A stretch of DNA of 41,462 bases, taken from positions 31,116 to 72,577 of the forward strand of contig MFGJ01000007.1 of the NCBI GenBank assembly GCA_001778235.1, written 5' to 3'. Both the position numbers and the translations under genes were made by a program. The stretch is from Candidatus Falkowbacteria bacterium RIFOXYC2_FULL_36_12. Lineage in GTDB: Bacteria > Patescibacteriota > Patescibacteriia > UBA11705. Of the stretch, positions 28,505 to 38,529 are shown in pieces. The number at the start of each line of letters is the position of its first letter. Position 1 is the stretch's first letter. The notes beneath the pieces are model-generated. The model saw only the letters and a program-made list of their open reading frames with translations, did not search any database and was not told where the DNA came from.

Positions 28505-28984
28505 ATGACGACGAGCTACGACTACTACTTCGCCAACATCCGAAAAGAGGGCGAGAAGTTCTTCGAGAACTATGGTCCCGAGGAGCACATGAGCCTCAAG
28601 GAAAGCATCCTTAGGGAGACATCGGAACAAGGATCAGAAGGGGCTCTGAACGCACTCCAGCTCAAGGTGCTGGAGGTGCTCACGAGCTTCGCGAAGATGA
28701 TCTTGTTCGGCTGGCTGACCGAGGTGAACATCAGCGCCCCGGCCAAGATCGAGAACGAGTACTTCGTCTCGGTCGAGTTCAAGCTCCGCAACCGCGAGAA
28801 AAGCAACTTCGCCAGGATCTACCTGGTAGAGAGGTGGCAAAACACCTTCTACGCGCAGGCCATCGTGGCCGAGATCCCCACCCACCCCGAGACCCAGGTG
28901 TTCAAGCTCCTCGTCCATGACAAGGGGAGCGACGAGTTCACCTTCCGCGCGCTCGAGCACACGGATCGGAAGTGGAGCTTCTAG
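28505..28984 (+). CDS. GC-rich orphan protein (159 aa)
   Basis: CAGGAGGG SD; codons overwhelmingly end in G/C, unlike flanking genes. Confidence 0.8.
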   Translation: MTTSYDYYFANIRKEGEKFFENYGPEEHMSLKESILRETSEQGSEGALNALQLKVLEVLTSFAKMILFGWLTEVNISAPAKIENEYFVSVEFKLRNREKSNFARIYLVERWQNTFYAQAIVAEIPTHPETQVFKLLVHDKGSDEFTFRALEHTDRKWSF

Positions 28985-29240
28985 CTCCGGTCCGCGCACC
29001 CACAACGAGACAAGCCTGTCTCAAATCACACGAACAAATAAAAGTTGATTATGCAATGCATGGTCAGCTTTTCAGTTTAAATAATGAAAGATTGAAATAT
29101 TGTGAAATAAAATTGGAAATAGATGGAAATACAGTTGTAAATAAATTGAAATATGTTGTAAATAACCTTGATTGACATTTTGATAAAAACCGATTAAAAT
29201 AAAGTCTTAATTGTTCCTCATACAGCAGGAGGGCGGGAAA

Positions 29241-29666
29241 ATGAGCATTGGATTGTCAATTATCTTGTTAATTTCAATTTTTAGTGCAATCGGTTTCCTG
29301 CTGGCTTGGCACAGATGGAATATTTTTCACCTTTATTCCAAAAATCATCAGGTGGTTTCAAAAGTATTTGAGAATGGGTATGGAGTAGAGACTGAACAAT
29401 GTTTAATCACATTTTGGCCGATTAAGAAAAGTAGACTAAATAAACTACTGTTTCCTCGACCAACTGGTAGCAGACAAAGAATGGTAGATATATCGGGTAA
29501 TTCAAGTTTGAATATTCAAAATTTGTCACAAGCTGTCTACTGTATAATTGTTGGGCTAGCTTTCCCTGTTCTCCTTTGCGTCAACGCATTGGGAATAATC
29601 CCTGCCCTACTTGCCAGATTGATTACAACCGCCATTGAAAGAAATAAAAATTGCAATCTCATTTAA
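29241..29666 (+). CDS. Orphan membrane protein (141 aa)
   Basis: Promoter TTGACA-17-TAAAAT (29172-29200), CAGGAGGG SD, N- and C-terminal hydrophobic helices, terminator hairpin at 29654-29682. Confidence 0.7.
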   Translation: MSIGLSIILLISIFSAIGFLLAWHRWNIFHLYSKNHQVVSKVFENGYGVETEQCLITFWPIKKSRLNKLLFPRPTGSRQRMVDISGNSSLNIQNLSQAVYCIIVGLAFPVLLCVNALGIIPALLARLITTAIERNKNCNLI

Positions 29667-29683
29667 ATCAATGAGGTTTTTTA

Positions 29684-30493
29684 TTATAATAGCGCAATTA
29701 ATAAAATGACTATTCCTAAAATTATCCTGTACCAAGCAAAGACTGAAAGTGAATGTTTTTCAAGAAATTTGAGGAAATATTTTATTATTAAATACCCAAC
29801 AATAAATGCTGTTAGAAAACCGACAAGAAATAAATACTGTTCTGTTTTTTCAAGAGTAAAAATACTAATGTCCAACATTTTTTTTATGCCAGCGCCGAGT
29901 ACAATTGGGATACTTAACAAGAAAGAAAACTTGGCTGCTTCGGAACGCTTTAATTTCAAAACCATTCCTGTTATAATAGTACTGCCGGATCGGGAAACTC
30001 CAGGGATTAAGGCTAATGCTTGGGCACAACCTATGATGATTGCTTCGGGGATTGATAATCCTTCAAAAGAGGCTGTTTTCCTAGACCACTTTTCTACAAT
30101 GAAAATTATAATTGCACCGACAATTAATGAAATAGAAACAACCAACAGACTTCTGAAATATAGTTCAATGTAATAATCGAGGAAATATCCAGCGAGGACC
30201 GCTGGGACTGTGGCAACCAGAAGATTTAAAACTGTTTTTTGTTCATCATTACCAAGGTTAAAGCTACGAAACATTTGCAAGAATGCTAGAAAATATTTCT
30301 TTAAATCTTGTCTGAAAAAAATTATCAGGGCCAAAACCGTACCTAGATGAAGAGCAATGTCAAAGCTTAGAGCATTAATTTGATTAAGAGGTAGAATCTG
30401 GTGTAAAATAACTAAGTGACCTGAACTTGAGACTGGCCAGAACTCTGTGACCGCCTGAACAATTGCTAAAATTATAGCGTACAAAAAATACAT
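29684..30493 (-). CDS. uppP: Undecaprenyl-diphosphatase (BacA)
   Basis: TEFWPVSSSGHL, PGVSRSGSTI, FSFLLSIP. Confidence 0.96.
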   Translation of the reverse strand: MYFLYAIILAIVQAVTEFWPVSSSGHLVILHQILPLNQINALSFDIALHLGTVLALIIFFRQDLKKYFLAFLQMFRSFNLGNDEQKTVLNLLVATVPAVLAGYFLDYYIELYFRSLLVVSISLIVGAIIIFIVEKWSRKTASFEGLSIPEAIIIGCAQALALIPGVSRSGSTIITGMVLKLKRSEAAKFSFLLSIPIVLGAGIKKMLDISIFTLEKTEQYLFLVGFLTAFIVGYLIIKYFLKFLEKHSLSVFAWYRIILGIVILLIALL

Positions 30494-30511
30494 ACTTATA
30501 TTTATTTAATT

Positions 30512-30952
30512 TTGAAAACTATGATGTATTATTTATTAATTATCCCAATTTTATCAGCCATCATCGCACAAATCATGAAAATGATAATTGATGCGCTGAA
30601 AAAACAGTTCTCGTGGAATGACTTGAATAGCTACGGTGGTATGCCATCATCACATTCAGCCATGGTAGCATCCCTAGCTTCGGCTGTTGGCTATTTTGAA
30701 GGTTGGGACTCGGCAACTTTTGCGATATGCATTGTGCTAGCTTTAATTGTAATCCGTGATGCCGGAGGATTCAGAAGACAAATTGGTTTCCAAGCCAAAA
30801 CTATAAATCAACACATTGCTCAAATTTCGTCTGAACAAAGTTCTGAATTTGAACATTTACGAGAACGAATGGGTCATTCACCTCTAGAGATTTTGGTCGG
30901 AATTGTCCTTGGTGTCTTGATCACAACAATTTTTATACTATATATTGTTTAA
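30512..30952 (+). CDS. Divergent PAP2 / DUF212 family protein
   Basis: GGMPSSHSA, DA.G.RR..G, GHSPLE; start may be 30521 or 30524. Confidence 0.9.
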   Translation: MKTMMYYLLIIPILSAIIAQIMKMIIDALKKQFSWNDLNSYGGMPSSHSAMVASLASAVGYFEGWDSATFAICIVLALIVIRDAGGFRRQIGFQAKTINQHIAQISSEQSSEFEHLRERMGHSPLEILVGIVLGVLITTIFILYIV

Positions 30953-31822
30953 TTACTTCTGACAATTTGGACAAAAGCTGGTCCCTCTGCCGACCAGTTT
31001 TATTTTTTTTATTTCAGTTTGACCACATCTTAGACACGGCTCACCGGCTCGACCATAAACTCTTAGGAATTGAGCATAACTGCCTCTTTGTCCACTGCCA
31101 TCAACATAGGTATTGACTGATGAACCTCTATATTTTATGGCTTTTTTCAAAATTGATTTCAATGATTTACGGATATTTTCTCGATCAATTGATGTTAAGG
31201 TTTGAACTTTTCGCGTGCAAAGAATTCCGGCTTCAAAACAAGCTTCATCAGCGTAAATATTGCCAATACCTGAAATTAAATCTTGTGTTAATAAAAATTT
31301 TTTAATACTCCAGTCTGGACGACGATCCAATAATTTAGTAAACTCAATCATGGTAAACTTGCGGTCAACCGGTTCAATTCCGAATTTCTGCTGTTCAAGC
31401 TCGGCTAACTGGTCATTAACCAATTTTAAATAACCAAATTTGCGGATGTCATTATAATACAGCTTACCATGACGACCAAAATTAAAAAAAACTTTGTTGA
31501 AACGATGAGGTTGGTCAGAAATTTGCTTGATTGGGTGACCAGCCGAAACTGAACCAGTTACAGGATGGACAAAAACAAATTGTCCTGTCATCTTCATGTG
31601 TGCCAGGACCTTTTTATTCTTGCCAAAGTCAAACACAAGCATCTTGCCGGTGCGCGTAATATTTTTCAGCACTCTATTTTCAACAGCCCTGATTAATTCT
31701 TCCATTGATGGCTGTATCTTTTTTGCAAAATCAGCTGATATGTTAATCTCAATAACTTTTTTTCCTTTGACAAATTTATCTAAGTCTCGACGGACTGTTT
31801 CAACCTCTGGTAATTCGGGCAT
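30953..31822 (-). CDS. mutM: Formamidopyrimidine-DNA glycosylase
   Basis: MPELPEVET, HMKMTG, GIGNIYADE, C-terminal zinc finger. Confidence 0.97.
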   Translation of the reverse strand: MPELPEVETVRRDLDKFVKGKKVIEINISADFAKKIQPSMEELIRAVENRVLKNITRTGKMLVFDFGKNKKVLAHMKMTGQFVFVHPVTGSVSAGHPIKQISDQPHRFNKVFFNFGRHGKLYYNDIRKFGYLKLVNDQLAELEQQKFGIEPVDRKFTMIEFTKLLDRRPDWSIKKFLLTQDLISGIGNIYADEACFEAGILCTRKVQTLTSIDRENIRKSLKSILKKAIKYRGSSVNTYVDGSGQRGSYAQFLRVYGRAGEPCLRCGQTEIKKIKLVGRGTSFCPNCQK

Positions 31823-31827
31823 ATTGA

Positions 31828-31922
31828 AAGCGAGAAAAGCGAGGTCAGTAAATAAAGCAAGTAAAGCTGTGATTTAATTTATGTTGTATTTACTGCACTT
31901 GCTGAACAGGCTGTACTTGCTT
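31828..31922. repeat. Third 9-nt-unit inverted repeat
   Basis: agcgagaaa agcgaggtc agtaaataa agcaagtaa agc ... gtatttact gcacttgct gaacaggct gtacttgct. Confidence 0.7.
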
Positions 31923-33498
31923 AAATCAATGGTTTTCCAGAAAGGTATTTTGGGATTTCTATCTCCATCATTTTCAAGGCTGTGGCTGTAATATCACTTA
32001 GAAGACCGACTGGACGGACAAGACTCAAGTCTGTGCCGATTAGCTGTGAATTTGGATCTGACTTGCCACGAAAATTTTCGCCAACAATAATACATGGAAC
32101 TGGGTTGGTAGTATGGTCCTTGGTAATTTCGCCTGTCTGCAGATTTCGAAGCTCTTCAACATTGCCATGATCGGCGGTAACAATACATTGTCCACCTTTT
32201 GACATAACCAGATCAACAATCTGGCCAATACAATAATCTGTGGTTTCAACGGCTTTGATTGCGGCTCTTATATCACCGGTGTGACCAACCATGTCTGGAT
32301 TGGCAAAATTGACTACAATAAAATCATGCTTTTCCTGCATTATGACTTTTGTTAATTTCCTGGTGACTTCAAGCGCAGACATCTCTGGTTTTTCCGCATA
32401 ACTAGCAACTCGGGGAGAAGGAATGACTTCACGGTCCTCTGATTTGTAAGGATCTTCTTCTCCACCATTGAAAAAGAAAGTTACATGGGCATATTTTTCT
32501 GTTTCTGCAATATGAAATTGATTCAAACCTGCCTCACTTACGACTTTGGCCAAACCGGTTTCAACACCTTCCTTTTTCATCGCAACTTCAACCGGCAAAC
32601 CAGCTTCATATTCAGTCATGGTTACGAAAAATAAATTATTGATTTTTTTACTTTCAAACTTGTCAAAATTATCAAGAACAAAAGCTTTGGTTAATTGTCT
32701 TGCTCGGTCAGAACGGTAATTAGCAAAAATTATCGCGTCCCCATCTTCAACTAAGGCAGTTGGTTTACCCTCGGAACCAATAACAAATGTTTCAAATTCC
32801 TCGTCATAAACCTTTTTAGAGTAGGACTCCTCAATTGCGCCCACTGGATCTTTTGAATAATGCTCCGCTGTCCCGTTGACCATCGCATTGTAAACTTTTT
32901 CAATTCTCTCCCAATGATTATCACGATCCATGGCATAAAATCTTCCAGCTAGAGTCGCAAGTTCTCCGACTCCAATTTGTTTAATTTTTGCTAGCAATTC
33001 TTCGATATAACCTTTTCCACCATTATAAAGCGTATCACGACCATCTAGGAAAGCGTGGACAAAAACATTTTTTATTTTATTTTTTTTAGCGAGCTCAAGT
33101 AAAGCATAAATATGAGCATTTGATGAATGGACTTTGCCGTCGCTCATCAAGCCAAAAATATGAAGCTTGGAATTGTTTTTCCTCACATGCTCAACTGCGT
33201 TCAAGAAGCTCTGATTGTCAAAAAATTTACCGTCACTTATTTCCCGATCAATTCTTGGTAAATTCTGAAATAAAATTTTGCCAACACCAAGATTTATATG
33301 ACCAACTTCAGAATTACCAATTTCCCCCCAAGACAAACCGACTGACTCACCAGAAGCGAGCAAAGTAAAAACAGGAAAATTTACCAATAAATTATTGAAA
33401 TTGGTTGTTTTGCCGAGAGTGACTGCATTACTATCACACGGAGGAGCAATTCCCCAGCCGTCCATAATTATGAGTACAAATGGTTTTCTTTGGGACAT
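31921..33498 (-). CDS. gpmI: 2,3-BPG-independent phosphoglycerate mutase (copy 2)
   Basis: DGWG, GNSEVGH, DGRD, GRFYAMDRD, AETEKYAHVTFF, DMVGHTG, TADHGN. Confidence 0.96.
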   Translation of the reverse strand: MSQRKPFVLIIMDGWGIAPPCDSNAVTLGKTTNFNNLLVNFPVFTLLASGESVGLSWGEIGNSEVGHINLGVGKILFQNLPRIDREISDGKFFDNQSFLNAVEHVRKNNSKLHIFGLMSDGKVHSSNAHIYALLELAKKNKIKNVFVHAFLDGRDTLYNGGKGYIEELLAKIKQIGVGELATLAGRFYAMDRDNHWERIEKVYNAMVNGTAEHYSKDPVGAIEESYSKKVYDEEFETFVIGSEGKPTALVEDGDAIIFANYRSDRARQLTKAFVLDNFDKFESKKINNLFFVTMTEYEAGLPVEVAMKKEGVETGLAKVVSEAGLNQFHIAETEKYAHVTFFFNGGEEDPYKSEDREVIPSPRVASYAEKPEMSALEVTRKLTKVIMQEKHDFIVVNFANPDMVGHTGDIRAAIKAVETTDYCIGQIVDLVMSKGGQCIVTADHGNVEELRNLQTGEITKDHTTNPVPCIIVGENFRGKSDPNSQLIGTDLSLVRPVGLLSDITATALKMMEIEIPKYLSGKPLI

Positions 33499-33509
33499 AT
33501 TTTTGAAAT

Positions 33510-33580
33510 GAGTTCAGCAAGTTCAGCGAGAAAAGCTAGTAAAGTTTTTGACCGTACTTGCTGGACTTGCTGTATTTACT
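33510..33580. repeat. Fourth 9-nt-unit inverted repeat
   Basis: gagttc agcaagttc agcgagaaa agctagtaa ... gtacttgct ggacttgct gtatttact. Confidence 0.7.
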
Positions 33581-35144
33581 TTTTTCTTGTTATTAATGAT
33601 TGACCTGAAAGATATTCGGGTTTAGCAATATCAAAATAATCGTAAATTGTTGGGGCGATATCTCCAAGATTACCAGAAGTTAGCTTTAGGTTCTTATCAT
33701 GATTAGCAACAATGAATGGAACTGGATTGCTTGTATGTTGGACATTAAATTCATTATTCTGTGTTAACATGGTTTCTGCATTGCCATGATCAGCGGTCAA
33801 AAATAGTGTTCCTGACCGTGAAATAAGCTCGGACATTATTTTCCCGATACAAATATCGACATGACTAACCCCCTCAACTGTAGCATTAAAATCACCTGTA
33901 TGTCCAAGCATATCAGCATTAGCAAAATTTGCAACGATAAAATCGTGCTTCTTATGTTTCAAGCTTTTTATAATATAATCAGTAATTTTATAAACGGACA
34001 TTTCTGGTTTTTCGGCATAAGACTGAACAACAGGAGATGGAATCATTACCCTGTCTTCAGCAAAGACTGGATCTGCATGACCTCCATTCATAAAATAAGT
34101 AACATGTGCAAACTTTTCGGTTTCAGCGATATACAATTGCTTGTAGGTGTTCATAACAAATGGCAATGTACCAATCAAATCATCTCCTTGAAAGGCAGTG
34201 ACTATGTTATTTGATAAATCTGGACCAAAATCTGTCAGAGCGCAAAACAAAACATTCTTTGGGACTTTGCTTCGTTTGAATGAACCTGGATTTTTTTTAT
34301 TGAAATCTCTCTGCGCAAATGTTTTGGCGATTTGTCTAGCCCGATCAGAACGCAAATTGAAAAAAATAATAGCATCATTGTCAGAAATTCTTGTCTGTTT
34401 GTAATCTCCGTCTTCGGAAATTATTGCTGGTTCTAAATATTCATCAGTATATCCAGCATTGTATGAATGTTTAATCGCTTGATCAACAGAAGTAAACCTC
34501 TGGCATTTTGATCCAACCAAACAATCATAAGCAACTTTTGTCCGGTCCCAATTTTTTCCTCGATCCATGGTGTAAAATCTTCCTGCCAAGGTAACAATTT
34601 CAACACCGTTATAACCTTTATCAAGTTTTTTAATTTGAGCTTTTACAGATTTAATAATTTTTTCAATTGACCTCTGCGGAGAGTCTCTTCCGTCTGTAAA
34701 TAAATGAAGATATACTTTTTTTATTTTATTTAATCGAGCAAATTCTATTAACGCATACAGATGTTTCAAAGAACTATGCGGGCTGGTACCATCACAGATT
34801 AATCCCATGAAGTGTAATTGTGATTTATAAGCGTTCAAATGATCCAGAACATGCAAGAAAGATGTGTTAGAAAAAAAAGTTTTATCCGAAATTGAACGGT
34901 CAATAACACTGGCATCCTGCAGTACAATTCTACCTGCACCAATATTTAAATGGCCTGATTCTGAATTACCAGGCTGATGCTCGGGCAAACCAACACAACT
35001 ACCACTAGCGCAAAGCTGGCTATGTGGATATTGCTTGATTAACTTATCGAAATTACTTGTCTTGGCTTTGACAATGGCATTGCCACGACTTTTTGGGGCT
35101 ATACCCCAACCATCGAGAATTAATAATACAATTGGTTTATGCAT
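33576..35144 (-). CDS. gpmI: 2,3-BPG-independent phosphoglycerate mutase (copy 1)
   Basis: DGWG, GNSESGH, DGRD, AETEKFAHVTYF, DMLGHTG, TADHGNAE. Confidence 0.95.
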   Translation of the reverse strand: MHKPIVLLILDGWGIAPKSRGNAIVKAKTSNFDKLIKQYPHSQLCASGSCVGLPEHQPGNSESGHLNIGAGRIVLQDASVIDRSISDKTFFSNTSFLHVLDHLNAYKSQLHFMGLICDGTSPHSSLKHLYALIEFARLNKIKKVYLHLFTDGRDSPQRSIEKIIKSVKAQIKKLDKGYNGVEIVTLAGRFYTMDRGKNWDRTKVAYDCLVGSKCQRFTSVDQAIKHSYNAGYTDEYLEPAIISEDGDYKQTRISDNDAIIFFNLRSDRARQIAKTFAQRDFNKKNPGSFKRSKVPKNVLFCALTDFGPDLSNNIVTAFQGDDLIGTLPFVMNTYKQLYIAETEKFAHVTYFMNGGHADPVFAEDRVMIPSPVVQSYAEKPEMSVYKITDYIIKSLKHKKHDFIVANFANADMLGHTGDFNATVEGVSHVDICIGKIMSELISRSGTLFLTADHGNAETMLTQNNEFNVQHTSNPVPFIVANHDKNLKLTSGNLGDIAPTIYDYFDIAKPEYLSGQSLITRKK

Positions 35145-35192
35145 ATTTCAATTGATGAATTGAAGTTAGACAATCAATTCAGGTTTGAGATT

Positions 35193-36455
35193 TTATTTAT
35201 TCAGTTCTCTTTCTATCTCCATCAAACGATTATACTTTGAAACTCTTTCAGATCGAGACAATGAGCCTGTCTTGATAAAATCTGAATTTACAGCGACTGC
35301 CAAATCAGCAATAAATGTATCGCAAGTTTCACCTGAACGATGAGAAACACTGACTTTGTAATTATTGGCTTTGGCAAGATAGATTGTTTCAATGGTTTCA
35401 CTCAATGAACCTATCTGATTTAATTTAATTAAAATTGCATTGGCGACATAATTTTCAATACCATGATACAAGCGAGATGAATTGGTAACAAATAGATCAT
35501 CCCCAACTAAAGTAACCTGCTGTCCAAGATAGTTGGTAAGTTTATTCCAATTAATCCAATCATCCTCGTGCAAAGGATCCTCAATGGAAATAATCGGGTA
35601 TTTATTCAACCATTGTTCCAGAATTTTAATAACTTCATCGGCTGAAATAAATTTCTTGCCTTTTTTATCATTCAAAGAATATTCTTTGGTCTTGGGATCA
35701 AAATATTCTGACAAAGCTAAATCCATAGCCAAAAAAGCATCCTTACCCGGTTTGTAACCAGCTTTTTTTATGGCTTCAACAATAAACTGGAGGGCCTGCT
35801 CATTGGATCGAAGGTTTGGAGCAAAACCACCTTCATCACCAACTAAAGTGTGGAAGCCGGCTTGTTTTAACAATGTTTTCAAGTGGTGAAACACTTCAGC
35901 TCCGATCTGAATACTTCTGGCAATAGTTGAAGCCTTTGGGACAACCATGAATTCTTGGATGGTCAGAGAATTATCAGCGTGCTTGCCACCATTTAGAATA
36001 TTCATAGTCGGAATTGGCATGCGCCAGCCCTTTTCTTTCAACTTAAAGGTTTCGCGGATATAGCGATAAAGCGGTTTTTTCTTGGCAAGAGATCCGGCTC
36101 TAGCACAAGCAAGTGAAACTGCCAGAATAGCGTTAGCACCAAGTTTTCTTTTATTATCAGTACCATCTAATTTAATCATTGTAGAATCAATTTTTGCTTG
36201 ATTGGTGATGGTCATTCCCTTTAAAGCTGGTGCAATTTTTTTCTCAATATTATTTACAGCTTTTAGCACTCCACGGCCAAGATATCTTTTTTTATCTCCA
36301 TCTCGTAGTTCAAGGGCTTCATGAATTCCAGTTGACGCGCCTGAAGGGACCGAAGCTTTGGCAATAACTTTATTGGTTAATTCAACTGTTGCTTCAACGG
36401 TTGGGTTACCTCGAGAATCAAGAATTTCTCGGGCTGTGATTTTTCTTATTTTCAT
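35193..36455 (-). CDS. eno: Enolase
   Basis: AREILDSRGNPTVE, VPSGASTG, GDEGGFAP, SHRSGET; likely start at 36455. Confidence 0.97.
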   Translation of the reverse strand: MKIRKITAREILDSRGNPTVEATVELTNKVIAKASVPSGASTGIHEALELRDGDKKRYLGRGVLKAVNNIEKKIAPALKGMTITNQAKIDSTMIKLDGTDNKRKLGANAILAVSLACARAGSLAKKKPLYRYIRETFKLKEKGWRMPIPTMNILNGGKHADNSLTIQEFMVVPKASTIARSIQIGAEVFHHLKTLLKQAGFHTLVGDEGGFAPNLRSNEQALQFIVEAIKKAGYKPGKDAFLAMDLALSEYFDPKTKEYSLNDKKGKKFISADEVIKILEQWLNKYPIISIEDPLHEDDWINWNKLTNYLGQQVTLVGDDLFVTNSSRLYHGIENYVANAILIKLNQIGSLSETIETIYLAKANNYKVSVSHRSGETCDTFIADLAVAVNSDFIKTGSLSRSERVSKYNRLMEIERELNK

Positions 36456-36504
36456 AAATCTTACTCTAAATTGATTGAAAAATAATTCTTTAGCTATCAA
36501 CTAT

Positions 36505-37287
36505 TTATAAAATTTCGTATTCAACTGTAACATTTACTGTAATTTCCTGACTACCTGCTTCAATTGAAGTGGTACCTTCTGGCATGCTTTCAGCTGAACC
36601 ACCTAGCCCAAAGGTATCTTTGTAATAAGCTGGATTGGCTGAACTTTCGTAAAATGAAACCACTTTGCCCAATTTTACACCGGCGGCCTCGGCCAAATCA
36701 ATTGCCTTGGATTTGGCTTGTTCGATCGCTATTATTCGAGCTTCAGATTTTATTTTTTCTTCATCATCAACTGAAAAAGTCAACCCACCGACTTGGTTTA
36801 ATTTGAATTCACCTATGAGTGAGATAACATCACTTATTTTTTCTAAGTTGCGAATTTTAACTTTGACGGTTTGATCAACTTTGTACCCAGTCAAAACACT
36901 GCCAGAATCACGCCAGTCATAATTTGGATAAACATTGTAGCTCTCTGTCTGTATATCCTCTTTTTCAACATTAAATTCCTTTAATTTTTTTATTACATTA
37001 TTAATTTTGTCAGAATTCTCTCTTTGGGCAACGGCAACATCCTTATTTTCAGTAGATAAGCCCAATCGAATTTCTGCAATATCAGGAACAACAACAACCT
37101 TGCCCTCTCCAGTCATAGAAATTTTATCTTTTTGGTCCAATGATTTTCCAACATAATTGTACTGTTTCCAAGCGTTGCGTGAGAGCAAAATCAGGAAAAT
37201 CGAAACAAAGACTATAAGAACTGTCATCAATATCAATTTCCATAATGTTTGTTGACCACAACATGATGAGTTTGTTTGTTCTTGCAT
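36505..37287 (-). CDS. SIMPL (DUF541) domain protein
   Basis: TGEGKVVVVPD, AIEQAKSKA..LAEAAGVKLG, IEAGSQEI. Confidence 0.9.
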   Translation of the reverse strand: MQEQTNSSCCGQQTLWKLILMTVLIVFVSIFLILLSRNAWKQYNYVGKSLDQKDKISMTGEGKVVVVPDIAEIRLGLSTENKDVAVAQRENSDKINNVIKKLKEFNVEKEDIQTESYNVYPNYDWRDSGSVLTGYKVDQTVKVKIRNLEKISDVISLIGEFKLNQVGGLTFSVDDEEKIKSEARIIAIEQAKSKAIDLAEAAGVKLGKVVSFYESSANPAYYKDTFGLGGSAESMPEGTTSIEAGSQEITVNVTVEYEIL

Positions 37288-37304
37288 AAATTTTATATTA
37301 TTTA

Positions 37305-38495
37305 TTATTTATTTTTAATTAGAGGTTTTATGCCAGGGAGAATAATGCCTTCTAGAAATTCAAGCATTGCCCCGCCACCGGTTGAGATAAAATCAATTTT
37401 ATCTTTCAAACCAAACTGTCCAAAGGCAGCTATAGTTTCTCCACCACCGATTATGGTAGTTACATTTTTCTTTCGACTCCGAGAAGCAACAAACTTGGCT
37501 AGAATTTTTGTTCCACGAGAAAAGTCTTTGAGTTCAGTATTACCAACTGGACCACCCCAAACTATAAGCCGAGCGCCTTGCAAGGCATTAATATAGCGAC
37601 GAATTGTTTCTGGTCCGATATCTAAAATCATTTCGTTTTTTGAGGCGATCTGTGAATCCCAACTAAGTTTGTGATACCTAGATTGAGTCATCTTTTTCTT
37701 GTCAGATACAATATAATCTATTGGATATAAAATTGTTCGTCTTTTTAATAAAACTTTAGCCCGACGCAAAAATCTATCGTCACAAACTGAAGCTCCAATA
37801 TCAGCTCCGGCTGCTTTGAGAAAAAGATTACCAACACCACCAGCAACCAATACGCTGCTATATTTCGAAGAAAGAGCTTCCACAACGGGAAATTTTGAAT
37901 CTATTTTTATCCCACCGATAATGGCAACGGCATAAGATTTTTGATTTATTGCCCGTGATAAAAAGTCAACCTCTTGGTCCATGTTCAAGCCTGAAAAACT
38001 TGGCAAACATTTTGTAATAGCTGAAACAGAAGCTGCTTTACGATGGCAAACGGCAAAAGCATCATTAACATAAATATCTGCCATTGAAGCTAATAGCTCG
38101 GCAAAACGACGGCTATTTTTTTCTTCAGCTTCATCAAACCTTAAATTTTCTAAAACAATAATCTTTATACTACTATGTTTTATACTCCTAGCAGTTGATT
38201 CATTTAGTCGGTCTGTAACGAATTTGATTGCTTGACCAGGTAAGTCTTTTTTTAACACACGGACAATTGGTGCCAAGGAATACTTCTTCTGTCTGCGTCC
38301 CTCTGGCCGACCGAGATGTGAGGCAATAATCAATTGACAGTTCCGTCGTAGAAGATACTTGATTGTTGGGATTGTTCTCTCAATACGATATGGCTCAAGA
38401 ATCTTGTTGTTTTTCATCGCAACATTCCAATCAACTCGCAAAAATACTTTTTTGCCTTTTAAATCTTTTACATCTTTGATGCTGTATAATTTCAT
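37305..38495 (-). CDS. pgk: Phosphoglycerate kinase
   Basis: RVDWNV, SHLGRP, LENLRF, DIGPET, STGGGAMLEFLEG. Confidence 0.96.
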   Translation of the reverse strand: MKLYSIKDVKDLKGKKVFLRVDWNVAMKNNKILEPYRIERTIPTIKYLLRRNCQLIIASHLGRPEGRRQKKYSLAPIVRVLKKDLPGQAIKFVTDRLNESTARSIKHSSIKIIVLENLRFDEAEEKNSRRFAELLASMADIYVNDAFAVCHRKAASVSAITKCLPSFSGLNMDQEVDFLSRAINQKSYAVAIIGGIKIDSKFPVVEALSSKYSSVLVAGGVGNLFLKAAGADIGASVCDDRFLRRAKVLLKRRTILYPIDYIVSDKKKMTQSRYHKLSWDSQIASKNEMILDIGPETIRRYINALQGARLIVWGGPVGNTELKDFSRGTKILAKFVASRSRKKNVTTIIGGGETIAAFGQFGLKDKIDFISTGGGAMLEFLEGIILPGIKPLIKNK

Positions 38496-38529
38496 ATTTT
38501 AATATATACGATTTGAAATTTCGTAAGCT

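Noticed and set aside
28570-29175. ORFs 28570-28806(-), 28634-29005(-) and 28972-29175(+)
   Set aside because: The first two are antisense shadows expected from high GC3; the third overlaps the stop hairpin and an AT-rich repeat tract.
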